Source: Candidatus Latescibacterota bacterium
GTDB taxonomy: Bacteria > Latescibacterota > UBA2968 > UBA8231
NCBI GenBank assembly: GCA_965203175.1
Contig: OZ241867.1
Span: 3,488,001-3,552,000 of the forward strand
Direction: 5' to 3'
DNA length: 64,000 nucleotides
Position 1 is the first letter of the stretch. The number at the start of each line of letters is the position of its first letter. The position numbers were made by a program, and so were the translations under genes. Below are positions 45,698 through 55,572 of this stretch, piece after piece. A model generated the notes under the pieces. It did not search any database. It had not been told where the DNA came from and saw nothing but the letters and a program-made list of their open reading frames with translations.

Positions 45698-47794
45698 ATG
45701 AAAAAACCCCAGTTAATCCAGTGCCTAACGCTAATCCTGATCGCCGTAGCTGCCCGCGCCGACGATCCTGAACCCCGCTACCAAATGCCCCCCATCGAAG
45801 TCACGGCGACGCGCGCGCCCCGCGAGGGATTTGACCTGCCGCTCGCCACGGCCGTGGTCGCGGATGTCGGGCGCGCCCGACCCGGCCTCTCGCTGGCCGA
45901 GTCGCTGCGTCCGGTGCCTGGGCTGTTTATCGCCAACCGCCACAACCTCTCCCAAGGCGACCGGCTCAGTGTGCGCGGCTTAGGGGCGCGCGCGGCCTTT
46001 GGCGTTCGCGGGATCAAGGTCTTGCTCGACGGTATCCCCCTGACTATGCCCGACGGCCAGAGCCAGCTCAACAACCTCGACTTGGGGTCAACCGGTCGCA
46101 TTGAGGTGTTGCGCGGCCCCAGCTCTTCGCTGTACGGCAATGCGGGCGGCGGCGTACTCGCAGCCCACACCCAAGCTCCGGCCGAGGCGACTGGGCGCGT
46201 GGAGCCGCGCTTGATCGCCGGCAGCAACGGCCTGTTCCGCGCGCAGACGAGCCTTGCGGGACGATCCGCTAACACCCACGCGTTCGCCAGTTTGTACGAC
46301 CTGCGCAGCGAGGGCTACCGCGATCACGCCGATGCCCGCGCCCGCGGCCTCAACGCACTCGTCGGCCATGCCCTCACTCCTAATACTGAGCTGACGCTTC
46401 TGCTGCATTTGTACGATGCTCCTTACTTGTTCAATCCGAGTTCACTCGCTGCGGATGCTGCCCGAGATGCTCCACGCAGCGCGCGTGGATTTGTGGTAGG
46501 GCAGGGGGCATCCAAGCAGGTGCGTCAGGGCCAAGGCGGCATTCGTCTCGAATATCGCCCGCCGCACTCACAGCACCATCGCGCGTCGAGCCTCGTGCTG
46601 TACGGCGTTGGCCGCGCGCTCAAAAATCCCATTCCAGGTCGCATTATCGAGCTTGACCGCCGCGCTGGTGGCTTGCGCACTGAGCACCAATTTGCCTGGA
46701 CCAGTATGCGCCTCGTGACCGGCCTCGACTTGGACTTCCAGCGCGATGACCGCCGCGAGTTTGCCAACGAGGGCTTGCCTGAGGGCGAGCGCGTGGACGA
46801 TGAGCGCGTCTTCGATCTCGTGCAATACGGCGATAGCCAAGTGGATCAGGAGGAACAGGTGCGGAGCTTCGGTCCCTTTGTCTCCTTGGAACAGGACTTG
46901 GGTGATGCACTGACCGCGACCGTAGGAGGCCGCTACGACCGCTACCGATTTGCCGTTGATGACCAGTCGCGCGACATGGATCAGTTCAGTCCGATGGTCG
47001 GCGTGGTGTACCGCCTTGATCCCTTCTCGCGCTGGTACGCCCATGTTGCCACGGCTTTCCAGACGCCCACCACCTCTGAGTTGGGCAACCGGCCTAGCGG
47101 CGAGGGTGGCTTCAACCCGGATCTAGGCCCTGAGCGCGTCCTTGGGTTGGAGACGGGATTGCGCCGCCACGTGCGCCGGGCGCGCATGGATCTGGAGGTA
47201 GCCTTGTACCAACTCCAGATCACCGACGCGCTGATTCCCTTTCAGGTCGAGAGTGAAGACAGTGAGGAGATTTACTTCCGCAACGCGGGCCAAGCGCGCA
47301 ATCGCGGGCTGGAACTGTCGCTTTCGGCAGTGCCGCATTCTGGGTTGCGGGCCGATCTCGCGTACACTTTTAGCGACTATGTTTTTGAAGACTACGAGGT
47401 TGAGACTGACGGTGAACTTGTTCAGCTTGCTGGCAACGAGGTGCCGGGCGTGCCGCGCCATCGGCTCTTCGCCGCGCTGAGCTACGACAGTCCGCAGGGC
47501 CTGTTTGTGGAGGTCGAATCAGAGCGGGTCGGTCGCTATTGGGCCAACGATTTCAACGGCCCTCCGCCCGGAAGTGACGCCGCGTCCGACGAGTTTTTCA
47601 ACTGCGCGTACCTGCGGGTCGATCTGCGCTTGGGGATTGACTATCGCGCAGCGAGGCCGTTTGTCGCGGTCGATAACCTGTTTGATGCCCAATACAACGG
47701 CTCAGTGGTTCCCAACGCCTTTGGAGGGCGCTTTTTCGAACCCGCTGCGGGCCGCACTTGGCGATTGGGGCTTAGCGCTGCGGTTGGTCGCTAA
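45698..47794 (+). CDS. TonB-dependent receptor, YncD/PqqU-like
   Basis: VTATR, SLAESL..VPGL...NR.N..Q...SVRG.GAR..FGVRGI..LLDGIP.TMPDGQ, IEVLRGP.S.LYGNA.GG, YNGSV..N...RFFEPA.GR. Confidence 0.88.
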   Translation: MKKPQLIQCLTLILIAVAARADDPEPRYQMPPIEVTATRAPREGFDLPLATAVVADVGRARPGLSLAESLRPVPGLFIANRHNLSQGDRLSVRGLGARAAFGVRGIKVLLDGIPLTMPDGQSQLNNLDLGSTGRIEVLRGPSSSLYGNAGGGVLAAHTQAPAEATGRVEPRLIAGSNGLFRAQTSLAGRSANTHAFASLYDLRSEGYRDHADARARGLNALVGHALTPNTELTLLLHLYDAPYLFNPSSLAADAARDAPRSARGFVVGQGASKQVRQGQGGIRLEYRPPHSQHHRASSLVLYGVGRALKNPIPGRIIELDRRAGGLRTEHQFAWTSMRLVTGLDLDFQRDDRREFANEGLPEGERVDDERVFDLVQYGDSQVDQEEQVRSFGPFVSLEQDLGDALTATVGGRYDRYRFAVDDQSRDMDQFSPMVGVVYRLDPFSRWYAHVATAFQTPTTSELGNRPSGEGGFNPDLGPERVLGLETGLRRHVRRARMDLEVALYQLQITDALIPFQVESEDSEEIYFRNAGQARNRGLELSLSAVPHSGLRADLAYTFSDYVFEDYEVETDGELVQLAGNEVPGVPRHRLFAALSYDSPQGLFVEVESERVGRYWANDFNGPPPGSDAASDEFFNCAYLRVDLRLGIDYRAARPFVAVDNLFDAQYNGSVVPNAFGGRFFEPAAGRTWRLGLSAAVGR

Positions 47795-48740
47795 CTGTAC
47801 TCGCCGTCTTGCGCAATCGGCACACGAAAAATCCCTCCATCCCCCTCAGCGGCAAAATCCGCTTAGCCCGCTGCACTTGGGCATCAAACGCCTTCTTTCC
47901 CCGCCACTGGCTCAGGCCCGGTGCCACATTGTCAAAAGGCAGCGCGATGTCCTCGACGGTTAGGGCACCGGCGAACTGCCTCAGCACTCGGTTGATGATG
48001 GCCTCGTTTTCTTCGGGCGCGAAGGTGCAGGTCGAATAGACTAGCACTCCGCCCGGCTTGAGGCATTGCACGGCTGAGTAGCAGAGTCTCCGCTGTTTGC
48101 GGCTGGCCTCGGCGATCTTCTTCTCACTCCAGTAGGCATAGGTTTTGGGCGCATCGGCGCGGAATCGCCCTTCGGACGAGCACGGCGCGTCGAGGAGCAC
48201 GCGGTCGAAGCGCTCTGCATGGCGACGCCAGAAGCGGGTGCCGTCGGCGAGATGGGTTTGCACGTTCTCGGCTCCGTGCCGCGCCAGGTTATCCCGCAGG
48301 CGAAAGAAGCGGCCGCGCACGGACTCCACAGCCCAGAGGCGCCCTTGATTGCCCATTAGTTCGGCGAGCTGCAAGGTCTTGCTGCCTGGGGCGGCCCCGA
48401 GGTCGAGAATGCACTCCTCGCTTTGCGGTGCCAGGAGGATCGGCGGCACCATGCTGGAGGGGTTTTGGATGTAGAGCCGACCTTCGCGGTAGGCTGCGCA
48501 CTCGGTGAGGGCGCGGCGTTGGGTAGCCGGGACGACAAAGGCGTCGGTTTTCCAGGAAAGCGGCGTCAGCGCAAAGCCCTCCGCCGTTAGCTCGGCCACG
48601 AGCGCGTCAGGCGTGCCCTTGAGTGCGTTGGCGCGGAAGGCCGTAGGCTGCTCGGCGGCTAAGCTCTGCCAGCAGGCAGCAAAGTGCTCGGCTGGGAGGA
48701 TGGCCTGTAAGCGGTCGCGAAAGGCTTCCGGTAGAGGCAC
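47772..48740 (-). CDS. RsmB/RsmF/NOP2 RNA m5C methyltransferase (catalytic domain only)
   Basis: YIQNPSSM, LDLGAAPGSKT, DAPCS, YSTCTF.PEENE, GFF. Confidence 0.9.
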   Translation of the reverse strand: MPLPEAFRDRLQAILPAEHFAACWQSLAAEQPTAFRANALKGTPDALVAELTAEGFALTPLSWKTDAFVVPATQRRALTECAAYREGRLYIQNPSSMVPPILLAPQSEECILDLGAAPGSKTLQLAELMGNQGRLWAVESVRGRFFRLRDNLARHGAENVQTHLADGTRFWRRHAERFDRVLLDAPCSSEGRFRADAPKTYAYWSEKKIAEASRKQRRLCYSAVQCLKPGGVLVYSTCTFAPEENEAIINRVLRQFAGALTVEDIALPFDNVAPGLSQWRGKKAFDAQVQRAKRILPLRGMEGFFVCRLRKTASTVSDQPQR

Positions 48741-48745
48741 GGTAG

Positions 48746-49573
48746 CTACCTCGGGGGCATCTTGTCGCCGATCGGCACGGGGTGATTGATCCAGTAGCCG
48801 CTCGGGTCGGTGCCGCGGCAGATATAGCCGTGGGCGCGCTTCTCCTCACGGGTGCGCACCTCGGGCGGCATGTAGCGCAGCGTCAGGCCGCAGCGGCGGC
48901 GCGTGGAGCGGTTGGGGGCCGAGCCGTGCAACAGTAGGTCGGTGTGCAGGGACATCTGGCCGGCGCGCATGGTAAAGGCCACTGGCTCGCCACCCCATTG
49001 GAGCGGATCGTGCACGCTCTGCCCCAAGACGTTTTGCTCATCGGCGGTGCTGTGCTCAAAGGGAATCTGGCCGTGCAAATGCGAGCCGGGGACCACGGTC
49101 ATCGGCCCGTTTTCTTCATCCACATCGTCGATGGCCAGCCAAGCAGTCACCACCTTGCTCGGGGTCAGCGGCCAGTACGAGGCGTCTTGGTGCCAAACGA
49201 CTTGTTTTTGGTCGCCCGGCTCCTTGCAAAAGTAGTGGGTCATAACGCTGACGAGGTCGGGGCTGAGGAGGTCTTCGACGTAATCGAGAATGCGCGGCTC
49301 GTGCAACAAGTCGTAGATGCCCCGGCAGTGGCGGTGCCAGCCGTTGATTGAATAGCTGTTGTGCCCGTTGGCCTGGGCCTCGGCCATGAGATTGTCGAAA
49401 TAGCGGCGATTGGCTGCGGCTTCCTCGGGCGTGAATACGTCCAAGGGGCAGATGTAGCCTTGTTCGTTGAACTGGCGGATCTGGGCGTGGGTGAGTTTTT
49501 GTGGGTTGTCGTTGGTTGCGCTGAAAAATTTGAGCTCGCGCTCCATGTCGGGGAGGGCGTCGGTGATGGGCAT
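48746..49573 (-). CDS. PhyH family Fe(II)/2OG oxygenase
   Basis: WHQDASYW, TAWLAIDD...ENG..VVPGSH, LLHGS..N. Confidence 0.9.
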   Translation of the reverse strand: MPITDALPDMERELKFFSATNDNPQKLTHAQIRQFNEQGYICPLDVFTPEEAAANRRYFDNLMAEAQANGHNSYSINGWHRHCRGIYDLLHEPRILDYVEDLLSPDLVSVMTHYFCKEPGDQKQVVWHQDASYWPLTPSKVVTAWLAIDDVDEENGPMTVVPGSHLHGQIPFEHSTADEQNVLGQSVHDPLQWGGEPVAFTMRAGQMSLHTDLLLHGSAPNRSTRRRCGLTLRYMPPEVRTREEKRAHGYICRGTDPSGYWINHPVPIGDKMPPR

Positions 49574-49659
49574 GGCGTTCTCCTGTTGAGTTTTGGCGAG
49601 GCGGTGAAAGCTCTATTTTACAACGCGCAAATTTTACGCAAACGAACAAGGAGCACAAA

Positions 49660-50682
49660 ATGACTCAGTACAAAGTCGGTGTGATCGGCTGCGGCAATCG
49701 CGGTCGCCGCCACGCCGAGGGCTACCAAGCCTCCGCCCAAGTCGCAATCGCAGCCTGTGCCGATCCAGTGGAAGCGTCCCGCGCGTCCTTTGTCGAGGAC
49801 TTTGCCGTGGCATCTTCGTACGAAGATTACCGCGCCATGTTAGCAAGCGAAGCCCTCGATGTAGTGAGCATCTGCACGTGGACCGGCCTGCACCGCGAAA
49901 TGGTCGAGGTCGCGGCCGCAGCCGGCGTCAAAGCCATCCACTGCGAAAAGCCCATGGCCAGCACGTGGGGCGATGCCAAGGCGCTGGCGCGGGCCTGTGA
50001 TGACCGTGGCGTGCTCCTCACCTTCTGCCATCAACGCCGCTTTGGTGCTGTGTTTGTCAAGGCCAAGCAATTGCTCGACGCAGGAGCCATAGGCACACTC
50101 CAGCGGCTCGAGGGCGCGTGCTCCAACTTGTTTGATTGGGGCACGCACTGGTTTGACATGTTCTTCTTTTACAACGACGAAGTGCCCGCCGAATGGGTCA
50201 TGGGCCAGATTGCCGTCGAATCCGAGAGCTCGGTGTTTGGCGTGCCTCTAGACACCAGCGGCCTGTCGTGGATCCGCTGGCAAAATGGCGTCGAGGGCCT
50301 ACTCTGCACGGGGGCCGCGCACGTGCAAGGTCCGCGTAATCGCCTCATCGGCAGCGAGGGCATCATCGAAGTCGGCGGTGCGGAGCGCGCACCGTTGCGG
50401 CTGTTGCGCGCGGGTGCGGCGTGGCAGGACTTTGCAGATGAAGAGATCGCCGATGTCGTGCCGCCGGGCGACGACACCGTGCTGTCGGTGCTCGATCTGA
50501 TCGACTGTCTCGAAAGCGGTGCGGAGCCGCGCCTGTCGGCGCGCAAGGCCCTGCAAGCGACCGAACTGATTTTTGCCACCTATGAGTCGAGCCGCCGCCG
50601 CGGCCGGGTGCTGCTTCCCCTCGACGCGGAGGACTCGGCCCTGATTACCATGCTGGAAGAGGGACAGGTCGGGCCGGGTTAG
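49660..50682 (+). CDS. Gfo/Idh/MocA oxidoreductase
   Basis: IGCGNRG..H, CEKPMA, HQRRF, DWGTHWFD, ATYES. Confidence 0.9.
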   Translation: MTQYKVGVIGCGNRGRRHAEGYQASAQVAIAACADPVEASRASFVEDFAVASSYEDYRAMLASEALDVVSICTWTGLHREMVEVAAAAGVKAIHCEKPMASTWGDAKALARACDDRGVLLTFCHQRRFGAVFVKAKQLLDAGAIGTLQRLEGACSNLFDWGTHWFDMFFFYNDEVPAEWVMGQIAVESESSVFGVPLDTSGLSWIRWQNGVEGLLCTGAAHVQGPRNRLIGSEGIIEVGGAERAPLRLLRAGAAWQDFADEEIADVVPPGDDTVLSVLDLIDCLESGAEPRLSARKALQATELIFATYESSRRRGRVLLPLDAEDSALITMLEEGQVGPG

Positions 50683-51860
50683 TCGGTCCCGTGCCGAATG
50701 GCCGAGGCTGCAAAGCGGATCTGAAAGCGAAAGACGCGCTTTTGCCGGCAGATGATTTCGTGCGTTTGGGGATCGATGCGGTGGGGGACCTCGATGTGGT
50801 TGACATCGACGAGGGCCTGATAGCCGCGCTCGGAAAAGATGTCGATCAACATGGCCAAGGCCAAAGGATTTTCAAAGAGTTCGTCCTCGGAGTTGACCAG
50901 CGTCATGCCGGTAATGGCATAGCGGGTGACAATGGGCATGAACTTGGAGTTGACTTTGTCGATGACCTGCTGGAACAGTTCGGGATGATCCTCGTTGTAG
51001 ATCTCTAGCCGCTTGACCAGCTCTTGGCGGGCGTAGAGCACGAGGCGGCTGGCCGGCGTGATGGTGCGGACGCGGTCGAAGGTTTTGTGCGAAAGCTCTA
51101 GCGAACTCTGGTAGGAAAACTCCTCCTCAATCTCCTGTTGCACCTTGGCGAGCGGCTGGCTGGCGTCGATGAAGCGAAAGTGGAAAATGGCGCGCAGCGA
51201 GCGCAGCGCCTCAAAGGTCGTCTCCTTGAAAACTTGGTAGCGCTTGCGCGCAGCCTCTGGGTCGAGGTCGGTGGCGCGGATCTCGGCGAGCTGGCCGACG
51301 CCTAACTCCGTAGTCTTGCGGTTGTGCTCCTGGGCCTCTCGGCCGCGGTGGAGTTGGCGCTCGACGCTGACTTCTTCATCGACAAAGAGCAACACGGTGC
51401 GGAAGAGGGGGCGCGGGAAGTCGTGATTGCGGAATTCCTCGCGCAATTCGGTCATCTTGTCGTAGAACAGCCTGAGGCACTCGACCTGCACTTGGGTACG
51501 CGGGAAGCCATCGACGATCACGCCGCGCTCGTAGATTGGGTCGAGTAGCTTGTGTAAGAGTAGATACGTGACCTCTTCGTCGCCGACTAAGCCGCCGGCG
51601 TCCTTGATCTGTTGGGCGCGGGGACTGTCGAGCAAGTCGCTGATCACGATGGCCGCGGCCGTAATGCCCCGCGCCTCGAGGATGAAGGGGGTATTGGTGC
51701 CCTTGCCAGCGCCGGGCGCGCCGCCGAGCCAGATGATTTCCCCGGGGAAGCAGAGCTTGGCGCGACCGAATTCTTGCTCTAGATCGCTCCAGACGCGGTC
51801 GAAGATCAGGCTGGCGTCCTTGATCTCGAGGTCGATGTGTTTGGATTTGGATTTCGCCAT
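50679..51860 (-). CDS. Adenylate kinase-family protein with long C-terminal extension
   Basis: WLGGAPGAGKGT P-loop, GGLVGD, VDGFPRT. Confidence 0.8.
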   Translation of the reverse strand: MAKSKSKHIDLEIKDASLIFDRVWSDLEQEFGRAKLCFPGEIIWLGGAPGAGKGTNTPFILEARGITAAAIVISDLLDSPRAQQIKDAGGLVGDEEVTYLLLHKLLDPIYERGVIVDGFPRTQVQVECLRLFYDKMTELREEFRNHDFPRPLFRTVLLFVDEEVSVERQLHRGREAQEHNRKTTELGVGQLAEIRATDLDPEAARKRYQVFKETTFEALRSLRAIFHFRFIDASQPLAKVQQEIEEEFSYQSSLELSHKTFDRVRTITPASRLVLYARQELVKRLEIYNEDHPELFQQVIDKVNSKFMPIVTRYAITGMTLVNSEDELFENPLALAMLIDIFSERGYQALVDVNHIEVPHRIDPQTHEIICRQKRVFRFQIRFAASAIRHGTD

Positions 51861-51879
51861 GCGCTTTTGTGGCCGGCTG

Positions 51880-52236
51880 CTATAGGCTGCGGAACGGTTC
51901 CTTATTGACCAACTCTTCTACGACCTGTCCGCCGAGCAAGTGCTCTTGGATGATGCGCTCTAGCTTTTCGACGGTCATGGAGTGGTACCAGACGCCCTCG
52001 GGATACACCACGACCGTCGGCCCGGATTCGCAGACGCGCAGGCAATCGGCCTTGGTGCGGTGAATGCCGCCCTTGCCCGGATGGCCATAGCCCAATTCGG
52101 ACAACCGCTTTTTCAGGTATTCCCAGCAGTCGGCCCCGGTGCCGTCGCTGTGGCACTTGGGCTTGGTGGGCGTGGCGCAGAGAAAGATGTGACGCTCTAC
52201 CGGAGTGTAGGTCGGATCCGTGGTGTGCTCGCTCAT
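51880..52236 (-). CDS. Thioredoxin-like [2Fe-2S] ferredoxin
   Basis: HIFLC...KC...[19 protein letters not shown]...IIQEHL. Confidence 0.9.
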   Translation of the reverse strand: MSEHTTDPTYTPVERHIFLCATPTKPKCHSDGTGADCWEYLKKRLSELGYGHPGKGGIHRTKADCLRVCESGPTVVVYPEGVWYHSMTVEKLERIIQEHLLGGQVVEELVNKEPFRSL

Positions 52237-52237
52237 G

Positions 52238-53551
52238 TTAGACCTGCCAGGGTTGGTCGAGGGGGCGATGGGTGAAGGGGCGCTGCTGCTGGCCGTCGTA
52301 CATATCGACGATGTGGCCGTCCCCTTGGAGAATGTACTTGTAGATGACGAGGCCCTCTAGGCCTACCGGGCCGCGGCTGTGCAGGCGGTTGGTGCTGATG
52401 CCGACCTCAGCCCCTAGCCCGTATTTGAAGCCATCGGCAAAGCGCGTCGAAGCATTGTGGATCACCGAGGCCGAATCCACCTCGCGCAAAAAGGTGTGCG
52501 CAGCCTCTGGGTCCTCGGTTACGATCGCGTCGGTGTGGTGGCTGCCGTACGCGTTGATGTGGTCGATGGCCTCGGCCGTGCTATCGACGACTTTTACTGC
52601 TAACATCAAGTCCAAGTATTCGGTGGACCAGTCGGATTCAGTGGCTGGTTTGACTTGCCCGTTGGCGTTGGCGAGGGCGAGGGCGCGCTCGTCGCCGCGC
52701 AACTCCACGTCCCTGTCGAGCAGCGCCGGCACGGCCTGTTGCAAAAAGGCCGGGGCAATGCCACTGTGGACGAGCAGGGTCTCGGCTGCGTTGCACACGG
52801 CCACGTACTGAGTCTTGGCATCGACGGCGATTTGCACGGCCTTGTCCAGATCCGCGCTGGCATCGACGTACACGTGGCAGACCCCGTCGGCGTGGCCCAT
52901 GACCGGAATCTTGGTATTGTGCATGATGTATTGCACAAACTCGTTGCTGCCGCGCGGGATGATGAGGTCGATCAGGTCTTCTTCGCCGAGGAGGGCGCGG
53001 ACTTCCTCGCGGCCGGGCAGGAGTGTCATCCACCCCTCTGGCAGGATACCTTGCGTGGCTTGGCACATTATCTCGGCGAGGGCCTGATTGGTCACGGTGG
53101 CCTCGCGTCCTCCCTTGAGCAGGGCGGCATTGCCGGATTTGAGGCACAGGGAGGCGATCTGTACCAAGGCGTCGGGCCGGGATTCAAAGATCACGCCGAT
53201 CACGCCGATGGGCACGGTCACGCGATAGAGGTGGAGCTGGTCGTCTAGCTCGGTCGCGCTCTGGGTCTGGCCGAGGGGATCGGGCTGGGCGCAGACGTCG
53301 CGCACCATCTCCACTGTGCTGGCGAATTTGTGTCCGCTCAGATCGAGCCGCTTGAGCAAGGGCGAGGCCAGCCCATCTTGCTCGCCGGCTTTTAGGTCTT
53401 CAGCGTTGGCTGCCAAGATGCGCTCGCGATTTGCTTCGAGGGCCGCGGCAATGGCTTCGAGGGCTTGGTTGCGCACCTCCTCGGACGTTGCGGCGAGCAC
53501 GCGTGACGCTGCGCGGGCCGCTAGGGCTTGTTGGCGCACTTGATCGGACAT
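52238..53551 (-). CDS. proA: Gamma-glutamyl phosphate reductase
   Basis: [61 protein letters not shown]. Confidence 0.96.
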   Translation of the reverse strand: MSDQVRQQALAARAASRVLAATSEEVRNQALEAIAAALEANRERILAANAEDLKAGEQDGLASPLLKRLDLSGHKFASTVEMVRDVCAQPDPLGQTQSATELDDQLHLYRVTVPIGVIGVIFESRPDALVQIASLCLKSGNAALLKGGREATVTNQALAEIMCQATQGILPEGWMTLLPGREEVRALLGEEDLIDLIIPRGSNEFVQYIMHNTKIPVMGHADGVCHVYVDASADLDKAVQIAVDAKTQYVAVCNAAETLLVHSGIAPAFLQQAVPALLDRDVELRGDERALALANANGQVKPATESDWSTEYLDLMLAVKVVDSTAEAIDHINAYGSHHTDAIVTEDPEAAHTFLREVDSASVIHNASTRFADGFKYGLGAEVGISTNRLHSRGPVGLEGLVIYKYILQGDGHIVDMYDGQQQRPFTHRPLDQPWQV

Positions 53552-53553
53552 GT

Positions 53554-55452
53554 CTAACTCTCCTCGGTCGCGTGCTCTGTGGCCGCGCCCATGATGGACT
53601 GCAAGCTCTGGCTCAGCCGCTGTGGATCCTCGACCGTGCCCTCGCCCAGTAAGACGAAATCAACTAGAAAATGCGCCCAGCTTTCCAATTGCTCGGAGTC
53701 GCGGTCGCGCTTGAGCACGGCGGCCATGTTGCGGATGATGGGGTGTTGGCGATTGATTTCTAGCGTGCGCAGCGAGCCCTTGAACTCTTGGTCGGTCATT
53801 TGCATCAGCCGCTCCATGTTGCGGCTCAAGCCGCCTTGACTGGCGACCAGCAGGCAAGGGCTGTCGGTCAGCCGCTTGGACTCGACCACGTCTTCGACTC
53901 GGCCGGCGAGCTTCTGCTTGAGAAAGGAAATCAGTTCGATGGTCTCGGCCTTCTGCTCATCGACGCCCTCCAACTCGACTGCGTCTTCTTCTAAGTCCAG
54001 TTCGGCCGCATCCACGCCAGCGAATTCTTTGTCGGCGAACTTTTGCAGCCCTTGGACGACCCATTCATCGACCGGCTGGTCGAAGTAGAGCACCTCTAGG
54101 CCGCGTTTGCGGAAGGTTTCCAGCAGGGGGCTTTGGGCAATGGCTTCTTTGCTCTCGCCGGCGAGGTAGTAGATTTTGTCCTGCTCGCTCTGCATCCGAT
54201 CGACGTAGGTCTGCAGCGAGATGTAGGGCGTGTCGTCATCGGCTAGCGAGGAGCGGTAGCGCAGGAGCTTGGCGAGCTGGGCTTGGTGCGCGGCATCGGT
54301 GGCCACGCCCTCTTTGAGGATGGTGCCGCAGGCGTGCCAAAAGGTCATGTACTGGTCCTCGTCCTTTTTGGCCATGCCCTCTAACATGCCGATGATGCGC
54401 CGCACCAAGGTGGCGCGGATTTTGGTGATGATGGGATTTTGCTGGAGGGTTTCGCGCGAGACGTTGAGCGGCAAGTCGTCGCAGTCAACCACTCCGCGCA
54501 CAAAGCGCAGCCACAGCGGCAAAAGCTCCTTGCAGTCGTCTTGGATAAAGACCCGCGCAACGTGCAGGTTGAGCGAGATCGTCGGCTCTGTGTGCAGCCA
54601 TTGAATTGGTGCGCGCTTGGGGATGTAGAGCACGGCGTAGAACTGGATCGGCACATCCACGACAATGTGCTCGCGCGCGAGCGGCTCTTCGGGATCGCCG
54701 GTCAGGTGTGTGTAAAATTCATTGTACTGCTCGGGGGTGATTTCGTTGCGCGGCCGGGTCCACAGCGCGGCCGTGTCGTTGACTTGTTTGCCAGCGACCT
54801 TGATGGGGTAGGCGACAAAATCCGAGTGCTTGCGGATGATGGATTCTAGCCGGTGAGCATCGAGGAATTCCTCGCAGTCCGAGCGGATGTAGATCTTGAT
54901 CTCCGTGCCGCGATCGGCTTTGTCCGCTTGGGATAGAGTGTAGGCTCCGTCGCCGGTGGATTCCCACAGCACCCCTTCGGCTTCTGGGTCGGCCGCGCGC
55001 GTGGTGATCACTACTCGGTCGGCGACCATGAAGACCGAGTAGAAGCCCACCCCGAATTGGCCGATCAGTTTGAGCTTTTCTTGCTCGTCGTCGGCTTCGG
55101 CTAGCTGTTGGGCAAACTCAGCCGAGCCGGAGCGGGCAATGGTGCCGATATTTTCACTGATCTCGTCGCGGGTCATGCCGATTCCGCGGTCGCGGATCGT
55201 CAGGGTCTTATTGCTGCTCGATACCTCGATCTCAATGTCCAATTCGGCGTCTGGGTCGAGGATATTGCGGTCGGTCAGCGAGCGGTGATGGATTTTGTCC
55301 AGTGCGTCCGAGGCGTTGGAAATCAGCTCGCGCAAGAAAATTTCTTTTTGGGTGTACAGCGAGTGAACCAACAGGTGGAGTAGCTGTTGGACCTCGGTTT
55401 GAAAAGCCCGTTTTTCGACCTGTGGGTCTTCGGTTTGGACATCTTCGGACAT
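53554..55452 (-). CDS. htpG: Molecular chaperone HtpG (Hsp90)
   Basis: HSLY..KEIFLRELISNASDA, GTIARSG, IGQFGVGFYS, LPLNVSRE; AAGGAG before ATG 55452. Confidence 0.97.
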   Translation of the reverse strand: MSEDVQTEDPQVEKRAFQTEVQQLLHLLVHSLYTQKEIFLRELISNASDALDKIHHRSLTDRNILDPDAELDIEIEVSSSNKTLTIRDRGIGMTRDEISENIGTIARSGSAEFAQQLAEADDEQEKLKLIGQFGVGFYSVFMVADRVVITTRAADPEAEGVLWESTGDGAYTLSQADKADRGTEIKIYIRSDCEEFLDAHRLESIIRKHSDFVAYPIKVAGKQVNDTAALWTRPRNEITPEQYNEFYTHLTGDPEEPLAREHIVVDVPIQFYAVLYIPKRAPIQWLHTEPTISLNLHVARVFIQDDCKELLPLWLRFVRGVVDCDDLPLNVSRETLQQNPIITKIRATLVRRIIGMLEGMAKKDEDQYMTFWHACGTILKEGVATDAAHQAQLAKLLRYRSSLADDDTPYISLQTYVDRMQSEQDKIYYLAGESKEAIAQSPLLETFRKRGLEVLYFDQPVDEWVVQGLQKFADKEFAGVDAAELDLEEDAVELEGVDEQKAETIELISFLKQKLAGRVEDVVESKRLTDSPCLLVASQGGLSRNMERLMQMTDQEFKGSLRTLEINRQHPIIRNMAAVLKRDRDSEQLESWAHFLVDFVLLGEGTVEDPQRLSQSLQSIMGAATEHATEES

Positions 55453-55572
55453 CTTGTTGCAACTCCTTTGGCGCTTGTGTTGACGAAACCCCAAAGGTAA
55501 GAAAGATCACCTGCAAAGCAAGTTCGACCTGCGCCCTTGTAGCGAGGGCTGGACGAGCTATTTTCAGGCTAC

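Noticed and set aside
48746-49573. Non-heme halogenase (SyrB2-like)
   Set aside because: Facial triad is HQD, with Asp retained
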